Below, piece by piece: positions 45,201 to 55,533 of a stretch of DNA of 64,000 bases. Source of the stretch: a virus; IMG/VR virus record IMGVR_UViG_3300028836_000025, positions 3,552-67,551 of that record; one strand, 5' to 3'. Every line of letters begins with the position of its first letter. The stretch's first letter is position 1. The notes under the pieces were generated by a model. That model was not told the DNA's origin. It worked only from the letters and a program-made list of their open reading frames with translations, and ran no database searches. A program made the position numbers and the translations under genes.

Positions 45201-47897
45201 TTCTTCAAAAACCACCCAATCATCACCTTCAAAAGCGGTTATGTAATTTGTAACATCGGTATCCTTCGCTATCTTTACGAAAAATCTGCCATCAAATTCG
45301 GGACGCGATTTAACTGTACCTTTATGAAACCCTACACGCAAAAACCCCTCTTCATTAGCGTTTAGTATACGGTGTTCAAATGTATTAGGCTGCCCGTCTA
45401 CGGTAGCAAAAGCTAAATCTTCTCCTATTGTCCCGTGAAGATGAAAGAAATACTTATCATTAGCGGTAGTAACCTTATCCACGTCATACCAGTTAGATTT
45501 AATCTCATCAACATCCGCGGTAGAGAAGAATCTCAACCTCCACTCATGATCCGCGAAACCAGCAAGATCAACCGTGCTTATAGACGACTCGGGTATACTT
45601 ATAACTCGCGTTCCTATAAGAGGGTATCCACCTTCACTCGTTCCTATATTGTCAATTGGATCATTATTAACATTTACGGTATTTTCTACGTTACCAACTC
45701 CTGTGTAAACCGTTTTAATAAAATCTGGAGCCTCGTTCTCTATTGCTAGGATTTTATATTCAATACCAGATCTCACAGGTATATTGTTACCATGTGCCTT
45801 TTTTAGATATAAAAATGTTTCTTCGTCCAACTTATTCCTTTCAGAAGAAGGGAAAGATATCCATACATTTCCGTCAGCGGCGTTGTACCACCGATCCATA
45901 GCTAAAGTGTAATACTCTACTGTAGGTTCTTTAATATAGTATGAGCAGTACTCTGCCCATGATGGTATCTCTGATATATCACTTAAACCCACATTTAACT
46001 TGTTAGTACTAGCAGATAGCAATACAGGGATTTTATACGCCGCTTGTTCATTGGTCATGATAGGCGTCTCTCTACCATATTTATCACTAAACACTACCCC
46101 CACTTGATACTGTCTTAAACTTTTTAAACTGTTACTCCCACCTAAACCGCTTTCTACTGCATCTATAGTAGAAGTTGAGATATCAACACTAATTGTAGGT
46201 TCGTTAACAACTGTACGACCATGTAAGTAGTTTCCGTAGATAAGTCTATTCGCAGAAACTTCTTGAGCTAAAGCCATCCTAGGAACATTATCCCATGGTC
46301 GTAACAATTGATTAGATGGCACTACAGCATGCACTATATCAGTCTCTAATCTATACTCAGCGTCTGTGGGCTTAACTGTCTTAACTGTGTAAACCGTTGG
46401 ATTACCTGTTTCCTTATATAATAGATCAATATCTGTTACGCCATAAGGCATATTGACTGGGGTGTAATCTGATAACGTTAAATTACGTATAGTATTAATC
46501 ATACCTTTATTAAACCCATCTTGCGCTATATATTCGTAGTTACCTGGTCTAAAAGTTATCTCTGACCAAGGTGCAAACGAGGAATACTCTCCATCTTGGT
46601 ATTTGTATCTGTATGAAAATCTCGCGAACTTGTCTTCTAGTAAACCCTCTCCGGCATCTAAGTTAACTTCAAAACTAACCACAGCACTTGTTAGTTCCGG
46701 ATTGATCGAGAGAACCTTAAACTTGTGTCCTACTGCTAGGGGGATTATAACACCATCTCCATCTACGGGTGGTTCCGCAGGTTCTACAACTCTAGCTTTT
46801 ATATCATATCGACCATCAGTACCAGGTCCTTCTAAAACGGAAAACGTTACTAAATCTCCGTACCTAAAATCTACCACCGCCTCAAAAGTTAAACCGTCTA
46901 TAAACCCTCCTGGAGGATTCGTCCCATTCCATATTGTAACGTTATTAACATACCCAGTGGTAGCATCCACCCGCTCGTCAATAGTGTTAAAAGCTTTTGT
47001 TTTTAAAGCTTGTTTAGGAGCTTTACGCACCACCGTAATATCCTGTAAAGACATGTGTCTTGGATAATACGGGTCACCTGATGCTAGTTGATATATTAAT
47101 ACACCCAATGTGTCCGCGGTACCGGATTGCACCTCTACAAACCTAGTATGCCAATCAGAGTTATCACCTACGAAAACTCCATCTCCTGTAAAATCTCCAC
47201 CTGGGTTCACGGGTGGTGTCAATGTCGAACCTCCTGTTCCAGCAATAGATCTAGCGATATTTATCCTCTTAGGCTCAGACGCGTTATCTGTCCAAAACAA
47301 AGTGTCTTCAAGTATATTAACACCTGTTATGAGACCTGTTTTAGGCAGTTCCAAAACTCTGCGATGCGTAAATATCGGGTCAGTGGTAGATATACCCACA
47401 TCCAAAGTAACCGTTAAATTATTAACCTCTGTTATCGTGTAATCAACCCCGTCAGCAGAGTACCGCATACCAGGTCTTAGAGTTCTCTTTTCCGCTTCAG
47501 TAACGGTCATGCTCGTGCCGCTAAAAGTACCTGTGATTTTGCTTTCGTATATATCTACAAAAACATATTTTATTGTGTCTGAGGTGTAGTCGTATTCAAG
47601 GATGTAATCTTTTCTTAAATCATCGCCCTTGCCACTAATAAAATAATATATCTTATCTGTAGACACATGTTTGACCATGCCCACGCAGACCCCATCGTCT
47701 GTAGAGTATACGTCTCCGCCTCCTAAAGAGTCTATCTTAGTATTACCTTTAATATTCTGCAATGCCCCAACATCTCCCGTGTCAGAGGTGCTAACCTGGA
47801 TATTTAAAGCGTCTCTATACTCCCCATTTTGGAGTGTACGTTCGTCAGCGTCTTTATTCATCCTCGCTTTCGCAAAGTTGCGTTTCATCTCTGGCAT
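42264..47897 (-). CDS. tail stabilisation/nozzle protein (P22 gp10/crAss muzzle-like)
   Basis: MNKD.DER...GEYRDALNI, LFWTD...EPKRINI, NRLIYGNY, GNGVES.RI.D, YGISKNPES, KEKEGKWF. Confidence 0.78.
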   Translation of the reverse strand: MPEMKRNFAKARMNKDADERTLQNGEYRDALNIQVSTSDTGDVGALQNIKGNTKIDSLGGGDVYSTDDGVCVGMVKHVSTDKIYYFISGKGDDLRKDYILEYDYTSDTIKYVFVDIYESKITGTFSGTSMTVTEAEKRTLRPGMRYSADGVDYTITEVNNLTVTLDVGISTTDPIFTHRRVLELPKTGLITGVNILEDTLFWTDNASEPKRINIARSIAGTGGSTLTPPVNPGGDFTGDGVFVGDNSDWHTRFVEVQSGTADTLGVLIYQLASGDPYYPRHMSLQDITVVRKAPKQALKTKAFNTIDERVDATTGYVNNVTIWNGTNPPGGFIDGLTFEAVVDFRYGDLVTFSVLEGPGTDGRYDIKARVVEPAEPPVDGDGVIIPLAVGHKFKVLSINPELTSAVVSFEVNLDAGEGLLEDKFARFSYRYKYQDGEYSSFAPWSEITFRPGNYEYIAQDGFNKGMINTIRNLTLSDYTPVNMPYGVTDIDLLYKETGNPTVYTVKTVKPTDAEYRLETDIVHAVVPSNQLLRPWDNVPRMALAQEVSANRLIYGNYLHGRTVVNEPTISVDISTSTIDAVESGLGGSNSLKSLRQYQVGVVFSDKYGRETPIMTNEQAAYKIPVLLSASTNKLNVGLSDISEIPSWAEYCSYYIKEPTVEYYTLAMDRWYNAADGNVWISFPSSERNKLDEETFLYLKKAHGNNIPVRSGIEYKILAIENEAPDFIKTVYTGVGNVENTVNVNNDPIDNIGTSEGGYPLIGTRVISIPESSISTVDLAGFADHEWRLRFFSTADVDEIKSNWYDVDKVTTANDKYFFHLHGTIGEDLAFATVDGQPNTFEHRILNANEEGFLRVGFHKGTVKSRPEFDGRFFVKIAKDTDVTNYITAFEGDDWVVFEEEKIGYINNNCYTTLEGSEPMSFISPGHWHGDASNALANANHPTEHTNSIPDGESPYVWGDAFDANGPTLPTATNLTTNTHDALNGGAESARNFWAEKHGTFFIDRCSAFSWSGMDRHLPGNYYDGGDGGGYDEGYWNGVVGSTQDQIDISAQQSTGDYGFGFDVTSGGNNFWDQPSVYNEWAVRNIIKYGISNVFDDTLYNNPGDPHGLPSRGLWNTETNGYMDISWTGFTQSPHYLSVNINTLNQDGESDWWLTEYVGNINRIEYDANYQLQKGFIETLFNPGCKFRFSRDPDHSVYTVEFMTDLLNPPQNGNFYTNNNENLGDANGWDHSSIPYTWSGFPVSEYRHGHYGIRNYRTNSAEGQWEPMNLRQRWTLKVNKPFGKGIQEYDPTTGTKNPDDFTEITRALRHDGSDFDAIQILTPTTVDDDGNDISGGFTRNPAVWETKPKESVDIDIYYQASDIIPLRLKSSKNENEDLIPSGSTFVTDGSINTVESWSLWNKLKLTSNLAGDDDIDGEFNVTTPNGRVTKISLSCISSSDEVTINDTSQIYQLKHTLKWSNCWSFGNGVESDRIRDDYNAPQVDNGVKASTVLAEQIKEERRKHGLIWSGIYNSTSGVNDTNQFIMAEAITKDLNPSYGSIQRLLNRDTRLVMFCEDKVLRGETNKDVLYNADGSANVIASSKVVGNTQPYAGDYGISKNPESLAVAPATAYFTDASRGRVLALSTEGVRPISSYGMESYFLRLKTIANGSPLVGTFDDKTREYNLSTPLQNTVSYSEMSKSWVSFKSFLPETGVSLNNEFYTFAKGNLWKHHHNSVHNSFYGEDSIPSTVTVIFSDTQGSVKSFNTMNYEGSRAKITAFEYSEDSILTGDYSVNEGLDINETTYDGEYFNLADRKGWYVESVTTDMETGGVIEFKEKEGKWFGVPTGNDALAFPKLDRFATQGLGVASSTSYSGTETGDVTVTLKNSSSSSSGTIWD

Positions 47898-47899
47898 GC

Positions 47900-48793
47900 T
47901 TAGTGCTTTATCATTTTAGAACCACCTCGTAGTATCTGTGTTATCTCCTCAGGTTTTATATTAGATAGCCTAAGTTTAGCTTTCCTAGTCTCAGCAAATC
48001 TCTCCTTTTTAATATGTGCTAATGTTCCCGCGGGCGTATCTTTTCTAGCTAGCAACGCCCCGTAAAGGATATGCTTGTATATAGCTTCCTCTGCGAACTT
48101 AGGCACTAAAGAGTTTGTTAAGTCTACAGTATAGTCAGCAGACGCAAGACCATCGCTGATGTACTTGAGTATTAGAGTTTTCCCGGCTAAAGCAGATCCA
48201 AAGTGAAACTTCCCAGCTTTGTGATCTATATAGAAACTACCATTAGCTTGAGAGTACTGCGGGTCTATACCAAATCTTCCTCCCTCACCACCTAAAGGTA
48301 TGTCGACGTCTGCTTCTGTTACTGCAGTAGCGCTTTTGAAAGCCGTTTTAGTATCTGAATCCTCAGTAGAGGTTATATCTGTCCCTGGGGTAGCGGTTTC
48401 AAAACCTCCCCACTCCTCCACAGGTTCCACTATATTACTTGGATTAGATGTTTTAGAAGCTGGGTATATAAGTCTTTCTACCCCATTGCCGTCACTCCAA
48501 GATAGTTTAACATAGTTAACATAATCCAGTGGCATAACCAAAGTTAAACTAGGTGGCACTTCTACCTCCCATTCTTTAGTAGAGTTTAATGTATCATAAC
48601 TAAGTTCCTGTAACGCGCGCACCGCGTGAAACGTTATATCCGAAGTGATAACATTCTCGCATATCTTACCATCACCTACGTATGTAGCTGTAAAAGACTT
48701 TATGATCTCCGCTAGTTCTATAAACCGGTAGTCACCATGCGCTCCGTCTTCGCCATAATAAGTACCTGGATTGTTGTTAGTTAAAATACCCAT
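47900..48793 (-). CDS. head-tail adaptor/ring protein
   Basis: RALQELSYD, P.DYVNYVKLS, L.YISDGL, AKLRLSN; follows the capsid genes. Confidence 0.7.
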   Translation of the reverse strand: MGILTNNNPGTYYGEDGAHGDYRFIELAEIIKSFTATYVGDGKICENVITSDITFHAVRALQELSYDTLNSTKEWEVEVPPSLTLVMPLDYVNYVKLSWSDGNGVERLIYPASKTSNPSNIVEPVEEWGGFETATPGTDITSTEDSDTKTAFKSATAVTEADVDIPLGGEGGRFGIDPQYSQANGSFYIDHKAGKFHFGSALAGKTLILKYISDGLASADYTVDLTNSLVPKFAEEAIYKHILYGALLARKDTPAGTLAHIKKERFAETRKAKLRLSNIKPEEITQILRGGSKMIKH

Positions 48794-48796
48794 TTG

Positions 48797-49498
48797 TTAT
48801 ACAGTTTGAAGTTGTTGTTCGTTTAAGTTCTTTTGAGATATCGTTTGAACTAAACCTACTTTATTTATCACTATACCCGCCATCCCCAATACTCTATTTA
48901 CTAATGTATCTTCTTCTGAATCGTGCAACTCGAAATCTGTCGTAGTGTTAGCATTGTACAAAGCTTTGTCATTTATCACAACATACCCCCAAGTCACACT
49001 GTTAGGTTTAGTCACAGCGTCACATACGACGCTACCTGATACAACCGTTGAACCGTTGTTGTATATTCTAACATCCCCGCTAGTCGAAGTCGAGTCAGCA
49101 TATATCGGTTCTAAACTTATATGTCTCTTTGAGCCAGCGTATCTAACCAAGTCCGATTGCGACACCTTCTTACATGTAACCCCGTTAAAATAAATAAGCC
49201 CAATTTGATACGCTTCAGGATATACCCAATAACCGTTACTACCGCTAACCAAAGCAGTGGCAGTGGTGAATGGCCTAAGCTTCGCGTCTAATAGCTTAGA
49301 TATACTGGTCTCGGTGTCATCTGCTCTTACATCCTCTGATTTGTCACTACGATTCTTCTCGTAGAAATACGACTCAAATATCGTCATCTGAGCCTGGTTA
49401 GCGAGTAAGTTAAACTCCTGAGGGGTTATATAACCTCTCTGTTCTTTATTAGCTAATGCTAATACTCTTTGATATACTGTGTCTATACTTACTGCCAT
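48797..49498 (-). CDS. tail tubular/ring protein
   Basis: VYQRVLALANKEQRGYITPQEFNLLANQAQ..IF, DFELH.SEE. Confidence 0.7.
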   Translation of the reverse strand: MAVSIDTVYQRVLALANKEQRGYITPQEFNLLANQAQMTIFESYFYEKNRSDKSEDVRADDTETSISKLLDAKLRPFTTATALVSGSNGYWVYPEAYQIGLIYFNGVTCKKVSQSDLVRYAGSKRHISLEPIYADSTSTSGDVRIYNNGSTVVSGSVVCDAVTKPNSVTWGYVVINDKALYNANTTTDFELHDSEEDTLVNRVLGMAGIVINKVGLVQTISQKNLNEQQLQTV

Positions 49499-49557
49499 AA
49501 TTCGTTTTTATAGTTAAGCAACCACCCGCGAAGGGCAGTTGCTCTCCCATGTGATTA

Positions 49558-50391
49558 TTATTTTAATCTTTTTTCTATCCCTGTGTAGATGTCCATTCCC
49601 TCATCAGTCTTAAACCAAGCGGCTAAAGCTGAGTACGGGTGTTCATCAAAAGGAACAGTCATTAACTTCTGCCCGGTCGATTTGAGGTGAAACGTCCTTT
49701 GATTAGATGCTAATGTTATGATACTAGCTTCAACGGCTTTTACTCCTATGTTTCTTAAATGCACGTTGTCATCATTAATTAAACTCATGATGAGCTTTGG
49801 ACTCTTCTTAGCCTCTATAAGTAAATCTCGCTTAAGCTCCTTAGAGCTCATCTTAGATACCTTAGAACCAATTATAGATCTCATAACGGCTTCAGCCATA
49901 CTGATATCTAAGTTAATAGCCGCGTTTAACGCTTCCATTTCTGTTTCTATAGCCGCTAGCTCATCTACAGCTTTCTTTATTGGCTTGTGTTCATGGTATA
50001 ACCTATTTAAACCTGGGTGGTATAAAGAAAGAAGCTTTTGGAGTTGTACTTTATTCTTAGGAACAACTAACATACCGTCTCTAAAGATGATATGAGCTAA
50101 GCGCTGCTGCCCCATCATTTCATCTACAAAAATAGTTTTTTGGTTAGTAGTAAGTTTTAACTCTCTTTCGTACCCTTTCTCTTCGTCGAACCAGTAGATA
50201 TCTTGAGTCTTTACTATGTAGGCCACTGGTTTATTGTCGCCTTTTAAAAAATAAACCCTATCTTTAATCTCCCATTTAGGAGTTTTACTTTTTATTGGTC
50301 TCTCTTTATGTTGTACTGAAGTATCCTCTAATACAACTGTTTCCATGTAGGGTTCTTGAACCTCTACTTTTTTTGTTTGCTTTTTAGCCAT
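49558..50391 (-). CDS. conserved hypothetical protein downstream of the capsid gene
   Basis: 277-aa ORF; I.F.DG.L.V...LQ.LL..HP. Confidence 0.7.
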   Translation of the reverse strand: MAKKQTKKVEVQEPYMETVVLEDTSVQHKERPIKSKTPKWEIKDRVYFLKGDNKPVAYIVKTQDIYWFDEEKGYERELKLTTNQKTIFVDEMMGQQRLAHIIFRDGMLVVPKNKVQLQKLLSLYHPGLNRLYHEHKPIKKAVDELAAIETEMEALNAAINLDISMAEAVMRSIIGSKVSKMSSKELKRDLLIEAKKSPKLIMSLINDDNVHLRNIGVKAVEASIITLASNQRTFHLKSTGQKLMTVPFDEHPYSALAAWFKTDEGMDIYTGIEKRLK

Positions 50392-50418
50392 AATATAATA
50401 TAATATAAATTAATGAAT

Positions 50419-50450
50419 AAAAGAGGTCAGGGCGAATCCCCGACCTCTTT
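50419..50450 (-). terminator. rho-independent terminator after the major capsid gene
   Basis: Stem AAAGAGGTC.GGG/CCC.GACCTCTTT with a U-rich tail on the minus strand. Confidence 0.75.
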
Positions 50451-50465
50451 CACATATGTGTACTA

Positions 50466-51959
50466 CTATGATGAAGTCGCTATCTGGCAGAAGTTGTTTG
50501 CACCTTGTACAACCAAACATCTTTCAGATAAGAAATGCATTTGCATAGCATCCAAATCAGAAGTCACAGCTCCTACAGATCCCGTAGTCCAAGTTTTGAA
50601 CTTCCGATTTTCTGTTTGAGAAGCTCTGTATCGAACATGAAGGAAAGGACGCTTAAGGTTCTTACCTAACTGTTGATCGTATACAGACGTTACTCCAGCT
50701 GGAACAAACATCCCGCGAATTTGATCTGCGTTTTCAGCAGTGCCGGTACCCATACCGAATCCTCCACGAGTTTGTGAGTCATTTAAGTACTTCCAATCAG
50801 ATTTGTAGAAGTCGTAAGAACCTCTACGGAATCCAGAGAAACCTAAATTTATAGCCATATCTTCTTCGTTGTTAAATACACCGAAAGAACTACCAGCACT
50901 TGAGTTTACATCTCCTAGCATATCATCGATAGCTAAAGAAGTATCCCTGTTCACGAACATCATATACTCTTCAATAGCACCTTGCTTGTCAAACTCTTTG
51001 AGTATTAAATCAAAAGAAGCCAAATCAACACTTGAAGTTGTACCAAGAATACCATCAGAGAGGATACCTCGAGCTTGCACAGCTGAGAATAACCCTTCTG
51101 AACCAGCGATTGAGCCTTCTAGAAGCTCAGCATTATCAGCCATTTTAGATTCTAGCATAGCCATCTCACAGTAGTCCGCAAACCGCGTGCGAGTATCGCC
51201 CGAAGCTTTTAGATACCATAAGTATCCGTTTTGCCCGTCTTCACCAGAAACTTCAACCCACCCAATTTGAGAGGCATCAGATCCAGACACTTCGTACATG
51301 TCTTTAAGGATAACCATCTTATTCTTGAAGGTTTTGTGAGCCGGTTGTATAGCCTCTTTTCGGCCTGTAGTTCCCTTTGAATACTCAGAACCATATACAA
51401 ATATCGATAAAGGATCGTCTGCACCCGCTCCGTTGCCCCATCCTAAAGAAGTACCTAAGTCAGTACCCTCGTAAGGGATAAGTAAAACCTCCCCAGTTAG
51501 TAGCGTGAGAGCACCTGCTACGTTAGCAGCGTCAGCGTCTCCGAAAATAGAAGCTACGTAACACGGTATTGATGAGCCCTTAGCATTAGAAGACACTATA
51601 ACAGTATCCCCAATTCTAAGACCGTGAGTACTTAAACCGTCAACAATACCATCAGTTGAAGCCTCACTACCTGATGCTGCTGTATCTGCTTTTAAAGCTC
51701 CTTCGTATCTTAAGTGTAGTCGACCTTGTTCTGTCCAAAGAACTTGATCCGAAGCTGAAGCCTCTTCGGCTCCAACCATTTCTAGAAAGCCTCCGATAGT
51801 TCTGTTTCCAAATACCTCAGCTTCTTTATCCATTAAATCTGGTAGATATTGCTTAGCCCATCCGTCGTCGCCGGAGGTGAAATCCAAGTAATTAGTTACC
51901 AGTGTTTGTTTTGTGGGTGCCCCTACGCCGTTATTCCCAGATTGATCAATTATCGCCAT
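50466..51959 (-). CDS. major capsid protein
   Basis: Follows scaffold and precedes a terminator; W.EQGRLH, GSEGLF, LGFSGFRRGSYDFYK, FLSERCL.VQGANNF. Confidence 0.82.
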   Translation of the reverse strand: MAIIDQSGNNGVGAPTKQTLVTNYLDFTSGDDGWAKQYLPDLMDKEAEVFGNRTIGGFLEMVGAEEASASDQVLWTEQGRLHLRYEGALKADTAASGSEASTDGIVDGLSTHGLRIGDTVIVSSNAKGSSIPCYVASIFGDADAANVAGALTLLTGEVLLIPYEGTDLGTSLGWGNGAGADDPLSIFVYGSEYSKGTTGRKEAIQPAHKTFKNKMVILKDMYEVSGSDASQIGWVEVSGEDGQNGYLWYLKASGDTRTRFADYCEMAMLESKMADNAELLEGSIAGSEGLFSAVQARGILSDGILGTTSSVDLASFDLILKEFDKQGAIEEYMMFVNRDTSLAIDDMLGDVNSSAGSSFGVFNNEEDMAINLGFSGFRRGSYDFYKSDWKYLNDSQTRGGFGMGTGTAENADQIRGMFVPAGVTSVYDQQLGKNLKRPFLHVRYRASQTENRKFKTWTTGSVGAVTSDLDAMQMHFLSERCLVVQGANNFCQIATSS

Positions 51960-51972
51960 TTTATTTTAATTT

Positions 51973-53148
51973 TTAGCGGTTATTTTTATTTTTAATTCTT
52001 ACCTTGAAGTCGTTAGAATCGTTGCCTAGAACTTTAAACTTTAAACCACCCACGGTTGTTTCCCCATGAGATTGTCTGGCTGTAGTGTTTATGTTTTTGG
52101 CTTTCGCAACACCTTCTTTTAAAGCATCGGCTTTGCCTTGCTCGTAGAAATGCTGCGCCACAGTATCAGGGTTCATAGCTGTAAAAAGACCTTTGTGATA
52201 CCCGCGAGCGTCAGACATAGAATTGGATTCATCGAGAAACTTTCCGATGAAATTGTTTATGTCGCTCTGGGTTTCTTTGGTGCCTTGTACATCTTTAACA
52301 TTATACCTAAACTTTTTATCCCCCACTTTAAAATCAAAACCTTTGAATTTATCGTTAAAGACTTGGTTAGTCTTTTGGTTGAAGTTGGCTTTTTGTTTTT
52401 CTGCCGCTGATTGGTTTTCCTTTGACTCCTTGGTATGTCTATTAAAGAACTCCATTGCCTTCTGCTGCTCACTTGTGAGCTTACTTCCAGCTTTGATCTC
52501 TTCATAGTATTTAGACTTTTGCCCGTCTAGATAGGTCTTGGCCTCGGCAACTTGCTCTTTGAGGGCCAATTTTTTTCTTTTAATATCTCTTTCATCATCT
52601 ATATCCTCGTCAAATGAGAAGTTGTCTTCCATAAGGAAGTTAATCTCCTCCGAGTCTAGATGAGGTTTAGTTCTTTTGTAATATTCAAGTAGAGCTTCTT
52701 GACTGTCTAAGTCTTTAACATCTCTATTAAGGTTAACGTAATCTTGAAGATCTCCACCCGTCTCGTCCATAAAGTCTAACAACTTCTGGACGTTCTCTGG
52801 TATAGCTTTCCCTAGCTCTTCATTCTCATCAAGAGCCTCTATAACCTCTTCTTCAGTAACATCCTCTTCGTCTGTTATCTCTTCAAGCGCGGGCGCTTCG
52901 TCATTAGCGTCCTCTTCTTGTGGAACTTCACTAACTGCCTCTTCGACATCGGTTTGAGTTTGAGTTTCATTTACTACTGTTATTTCCTCTTCTTCCTTAT
53001 CCTCTACCTCTTGTTTAGGTTCTACGGGTTTAGTTAAATCTACTTTATAAACCTCAGGCTCTGCCGCTAGAGATTTCATTTTTACTTTTGTAACGTTTTT
53101 ACTTGTAGTAGCCTCCTGGGCCACTTCTTCTTTGGTTGTTTCAGCCAT
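51973..53148 (-). CDS. capsid scaffolding protein (putative)
   Basis: Highly acidic N-terminal half, coiled coil, HFYEQGKADA; between portal and capsid. Confidence 0.7.
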   Translation of the reverse strand: MAETTKEEVAQEATTSKNVTKVKMKSLAAEPEVYKVDLTKPVEPKQEVEDKEEEEITVVNETQTQTDVEEAVSEVPQEEDANDEAPALEEITDEEDVTEEEVIEALDENEELGKAIPENVQKLLDFMDETGGDLQDYVNLNRDVKDLDSQEALLEYYKRTKPHLDSEEINFLMEDNFSFDEDIDDERDIKRKKLALKEQVAEAKTYLDGQKSKYYEEIKAGSKLTSEQQKAMEFFNRHTKESKENQSAAEKQKANFNQKTNQVFNDKFKGFDFKVGDKKFRYNVKDVQGTKETQSDINNFIGKFLDESNSMSDARGYHKGLFTAMNPDTVAQHFYEQGKADALKEGVAKAKNINTTARQSHGETTVGGLKFKVLGNDSNDFKVRIKNKNNR

Positions 53149-53169
53149 AATAAAATATTATATAATTAA

Positions 53170-55530
53170 TTATCTTCCAATCTGTGGGTTGAACTTATCT
53201 AAACCCATTCCGCCTCCTAGGATATCATTACCTGAAGACTCAAACTTTTTAGCACTTTGCTTGATATTTTCTCGTTTATCTTTACCAGCTTCTTTCATAC
53301 CCTCTAACTTCTCGGTAGATTGGCGCTCTTGATCGCGTAGACTTTGATTGAGGTCAAACTCAAACTGCATTAGTTCTTTCTTTAATCTAACCTCTTCTTG
53401 CAAGTGTGTTAGCTTAGACTGCGACTTGGTTGTCTCTAGTTGAAGGTCCGTTTGAGCTTTTGCCTGATTTTTTTGTATCTCAGCATTAGCTGCGGCTTGT
53501 TGAGTTTGCGCATTGGCTTGTGCTTGCGCTTGAATGTTCTCTTGCTGGAGTCTCTGATCACGTTCTTGTTTTTTCCTACGTTTTATTTTTAATACCTGGT
53601 TCGCGAGTTTTACGTTCCTAACATCTCTGATATCTATAGCGTCGTCTAAGTCTATCAGTTGTTGAGACAAAGCGGTCTGTATATTGTTCTCTAGCATCTG
53701 CTTCTCCTCTTCGTCTGGTTCTAGTTCTAGGAATATACCAAAATCATATAGGTGTAATTCAGACATCTCTTTAAGTGTAGCTACGTTGTGAGCCCCTATA
53801 GCTTGGACAAAAGCATTCGCCGTAGGAGAATACTCAAGTATATCAGATATGCGTAAAGATAAAGCTTCGACAACCTCTGACGTTAAGAACATAGAGCCAA
53901 GCAACACATGTCTAGTCGCCACGTTGGAATTCGCTGCCGCTAATTTCTGCACCCCAACCAATGACTTAGGGTCTGGTGAGCTACCATCCCTGGCCTCGTT
54001 CAACCCCGTCACATCGCGGATCATTTGTAGGTAGTAGTTATACGTGTTTATTAAACTACCGATTTTATTCTGTCCAGCCCCGTTAGATATCTGTTGGATA
54101 GGAATCTTCCCTGGGTTTGGATCTCCTTCCGAGGTGAAACTTCTACCTATAACACTACCTGTTTGGAAGAACATGTTAAGAGCTTCCTGCGGGCTGTAGT
54201 TCGTGCCGTTACCTAAATCTATCTCAGCGAGCCCGTCCGCGTCGAGGTACACCCCATCAGGTACCATACGTGACATAATCTGCTGCAATTTGAGATGGGT
54301 TAATTGTATGGTGTCTGCAAACCCGGTGATGCGACTCACTATAGATTCTATTCTACCTTGGTACATTCTAGGTGCAACTATAGAGTAGTTCATTTTAACT
54401 TTGTTAAAATCACTCTTACTGCGCATCATGTTCTCAGCCTTCTCCCATTTAAGCAACTTGTCAGTACCTAAAACCATAGCGCCCTCAAACACACACTCTA
54501 TAGATCTTTGCAATCTTTCATACCCGCCTTCTTTATCCGCGGGCGGGTTAAACGTGTCTGTCTTCTCTATAGCCTTATCTCCGCCAGTGCCGGTCTCTTT
54601 GATTTTGTATACGTCATTAGTGTGCGTTCTAAAATTAAAGTACAAAACCTGAACCTTATTTTTATCGGCGCTTTGGACGTTCCCGCGTTTACTATTGTTC
54701 GCGTATATCTCTTCTAAGTCTGATTCCGTTAAGGTATCAAACTCTCTGGCTAATTCGTTTATAGGGATAGTTTTAACTTCACCTACGTAATATATATCCT
54801 CGAAGTACGGGGAATCTGTGTGTGAATAAACAATATTCGCTGGATCAACATACTCTATAGTAACCCCATCGCTCCAGTTAAAGTTTGTTTTCACGCACCC
54901 TATACCAAGTACGGTTAAATCATACAGTAATCTGCGCCGGGTGAGATCATATTTATTCCCGTCTAACAGGACGTTTATAGCCTGCTCTTCCGCTATTTCC
55001 ACAGCTTGCTTATAGTTAAGCTGCATGTGTAAATCCAACTCCTCCTTACTATCCGGTAAATCTTCTTTTTTATTCTCGTACAAGTCTACGTTAAATAATT
55101 CCGCGGCTTGGTCATTATATGCTTGCGCATCCATATCGCGCATTATAGATTCCATATACTCAGTCCTCTTACTTACCCCAGCCTGATCTTGTGAGTACGC
55201 TTTAACGTTGAACATCCTCTCTGACATGCCATTCACTACAATGTCTACGAACTTAGGTATAATAGGCACGGGTTTCCAATCTAAATTAAGATAGGACAAA
55301 TCACCATTAATAGATAATTCATCCTTGTACTTTTGTATAGATTGCTCTCCTCGGGCGTATAGCCTTAAGTTATGAAACTTTTGATTAGTTGCGGCGTATC
55401 TGTTGTTGTGAGAATCTTTGAACCACTCCTGCCCAATAGCTTTGGCCACTTTAAGCCCATACTCTGAACTCATTTTCTCTAGATCTGGGACCGCTTGAGA
55501 TGGAAAATTAACATGCACTGACTCAGCCAT
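53170..55530 (-). CDS. portal protein
   Basis: Directly after terminase; LRLYARGEQ, PIIPKFVDIVVNG, RDVTGLNEARDG, Q-rich C-terminal coil. Confidence 0.85.
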   Translation of the reverse strand: MAESVHVNFPSQAVPDLEKMSSEYGLKVAKAIGQEWFKDSHNNRYAATNQKFHNLRLYARGEQSIQKYKDELSINGDLSYLNLDWKPVPIIPKFVDIVVNGMSERMFNVKAYSQDQAGVSKRTEYMESIMRDMDAQAYNDQAAELFNVDLYENKKEDLPDSKEELDLHMQLNYKQAVEIAEEQAINVLLDGNKYDLTRRRLLYDLTVLGIGCVKTNFNWSDGVTIEYVDPANIVYSHTDSPYFEDIYYVGEVKTIPINELAREFDTLTESDLEEIYANNSKRGNVQSADKNKVQVLYFNFRTHTNDVYKIKETGTGGDKAIEKTDTFNPPADKEGGYERLQRSIECVFEGAMVLGTDKLLKWEKAENMMRSKSDFNKVKMNYSIVAPRMYQGRIESIVSRITGFADTIQLTHLKLQQIMSRMVPDGVYLDADGLAEIDLGNGTNYSPQEALNMFFQTGSVIGRSFTSEGDPNPGKIPIQQISNGAGQNKIGSLINTYNYYLQMIRDVTGLNEARDGSSPDPKSLVGVQKLAAANSNVATRHVLLGSMFLTSEVVEALSLRISDILEYSPTANAFVQAIGAHNVATLKEMSELHLYDFGIFLELEPDEEEKQMLENNIQTALSQQLIDLDDAIDIRDVRNVKLANQVLKIKRRKKQERDQRLQQENIQAQAQANAQTQQAAANAEIQKNQAKAQTDLQLETTKSQSKLTHLQEEVRLKKELMQFEFDLNQSLRDQERQSTEKLEGMKEAGKDKRENIKQSAKKFESSGNDILGGGMGLDKFNPQIGR

Positions 55531-55533
55531 ATT

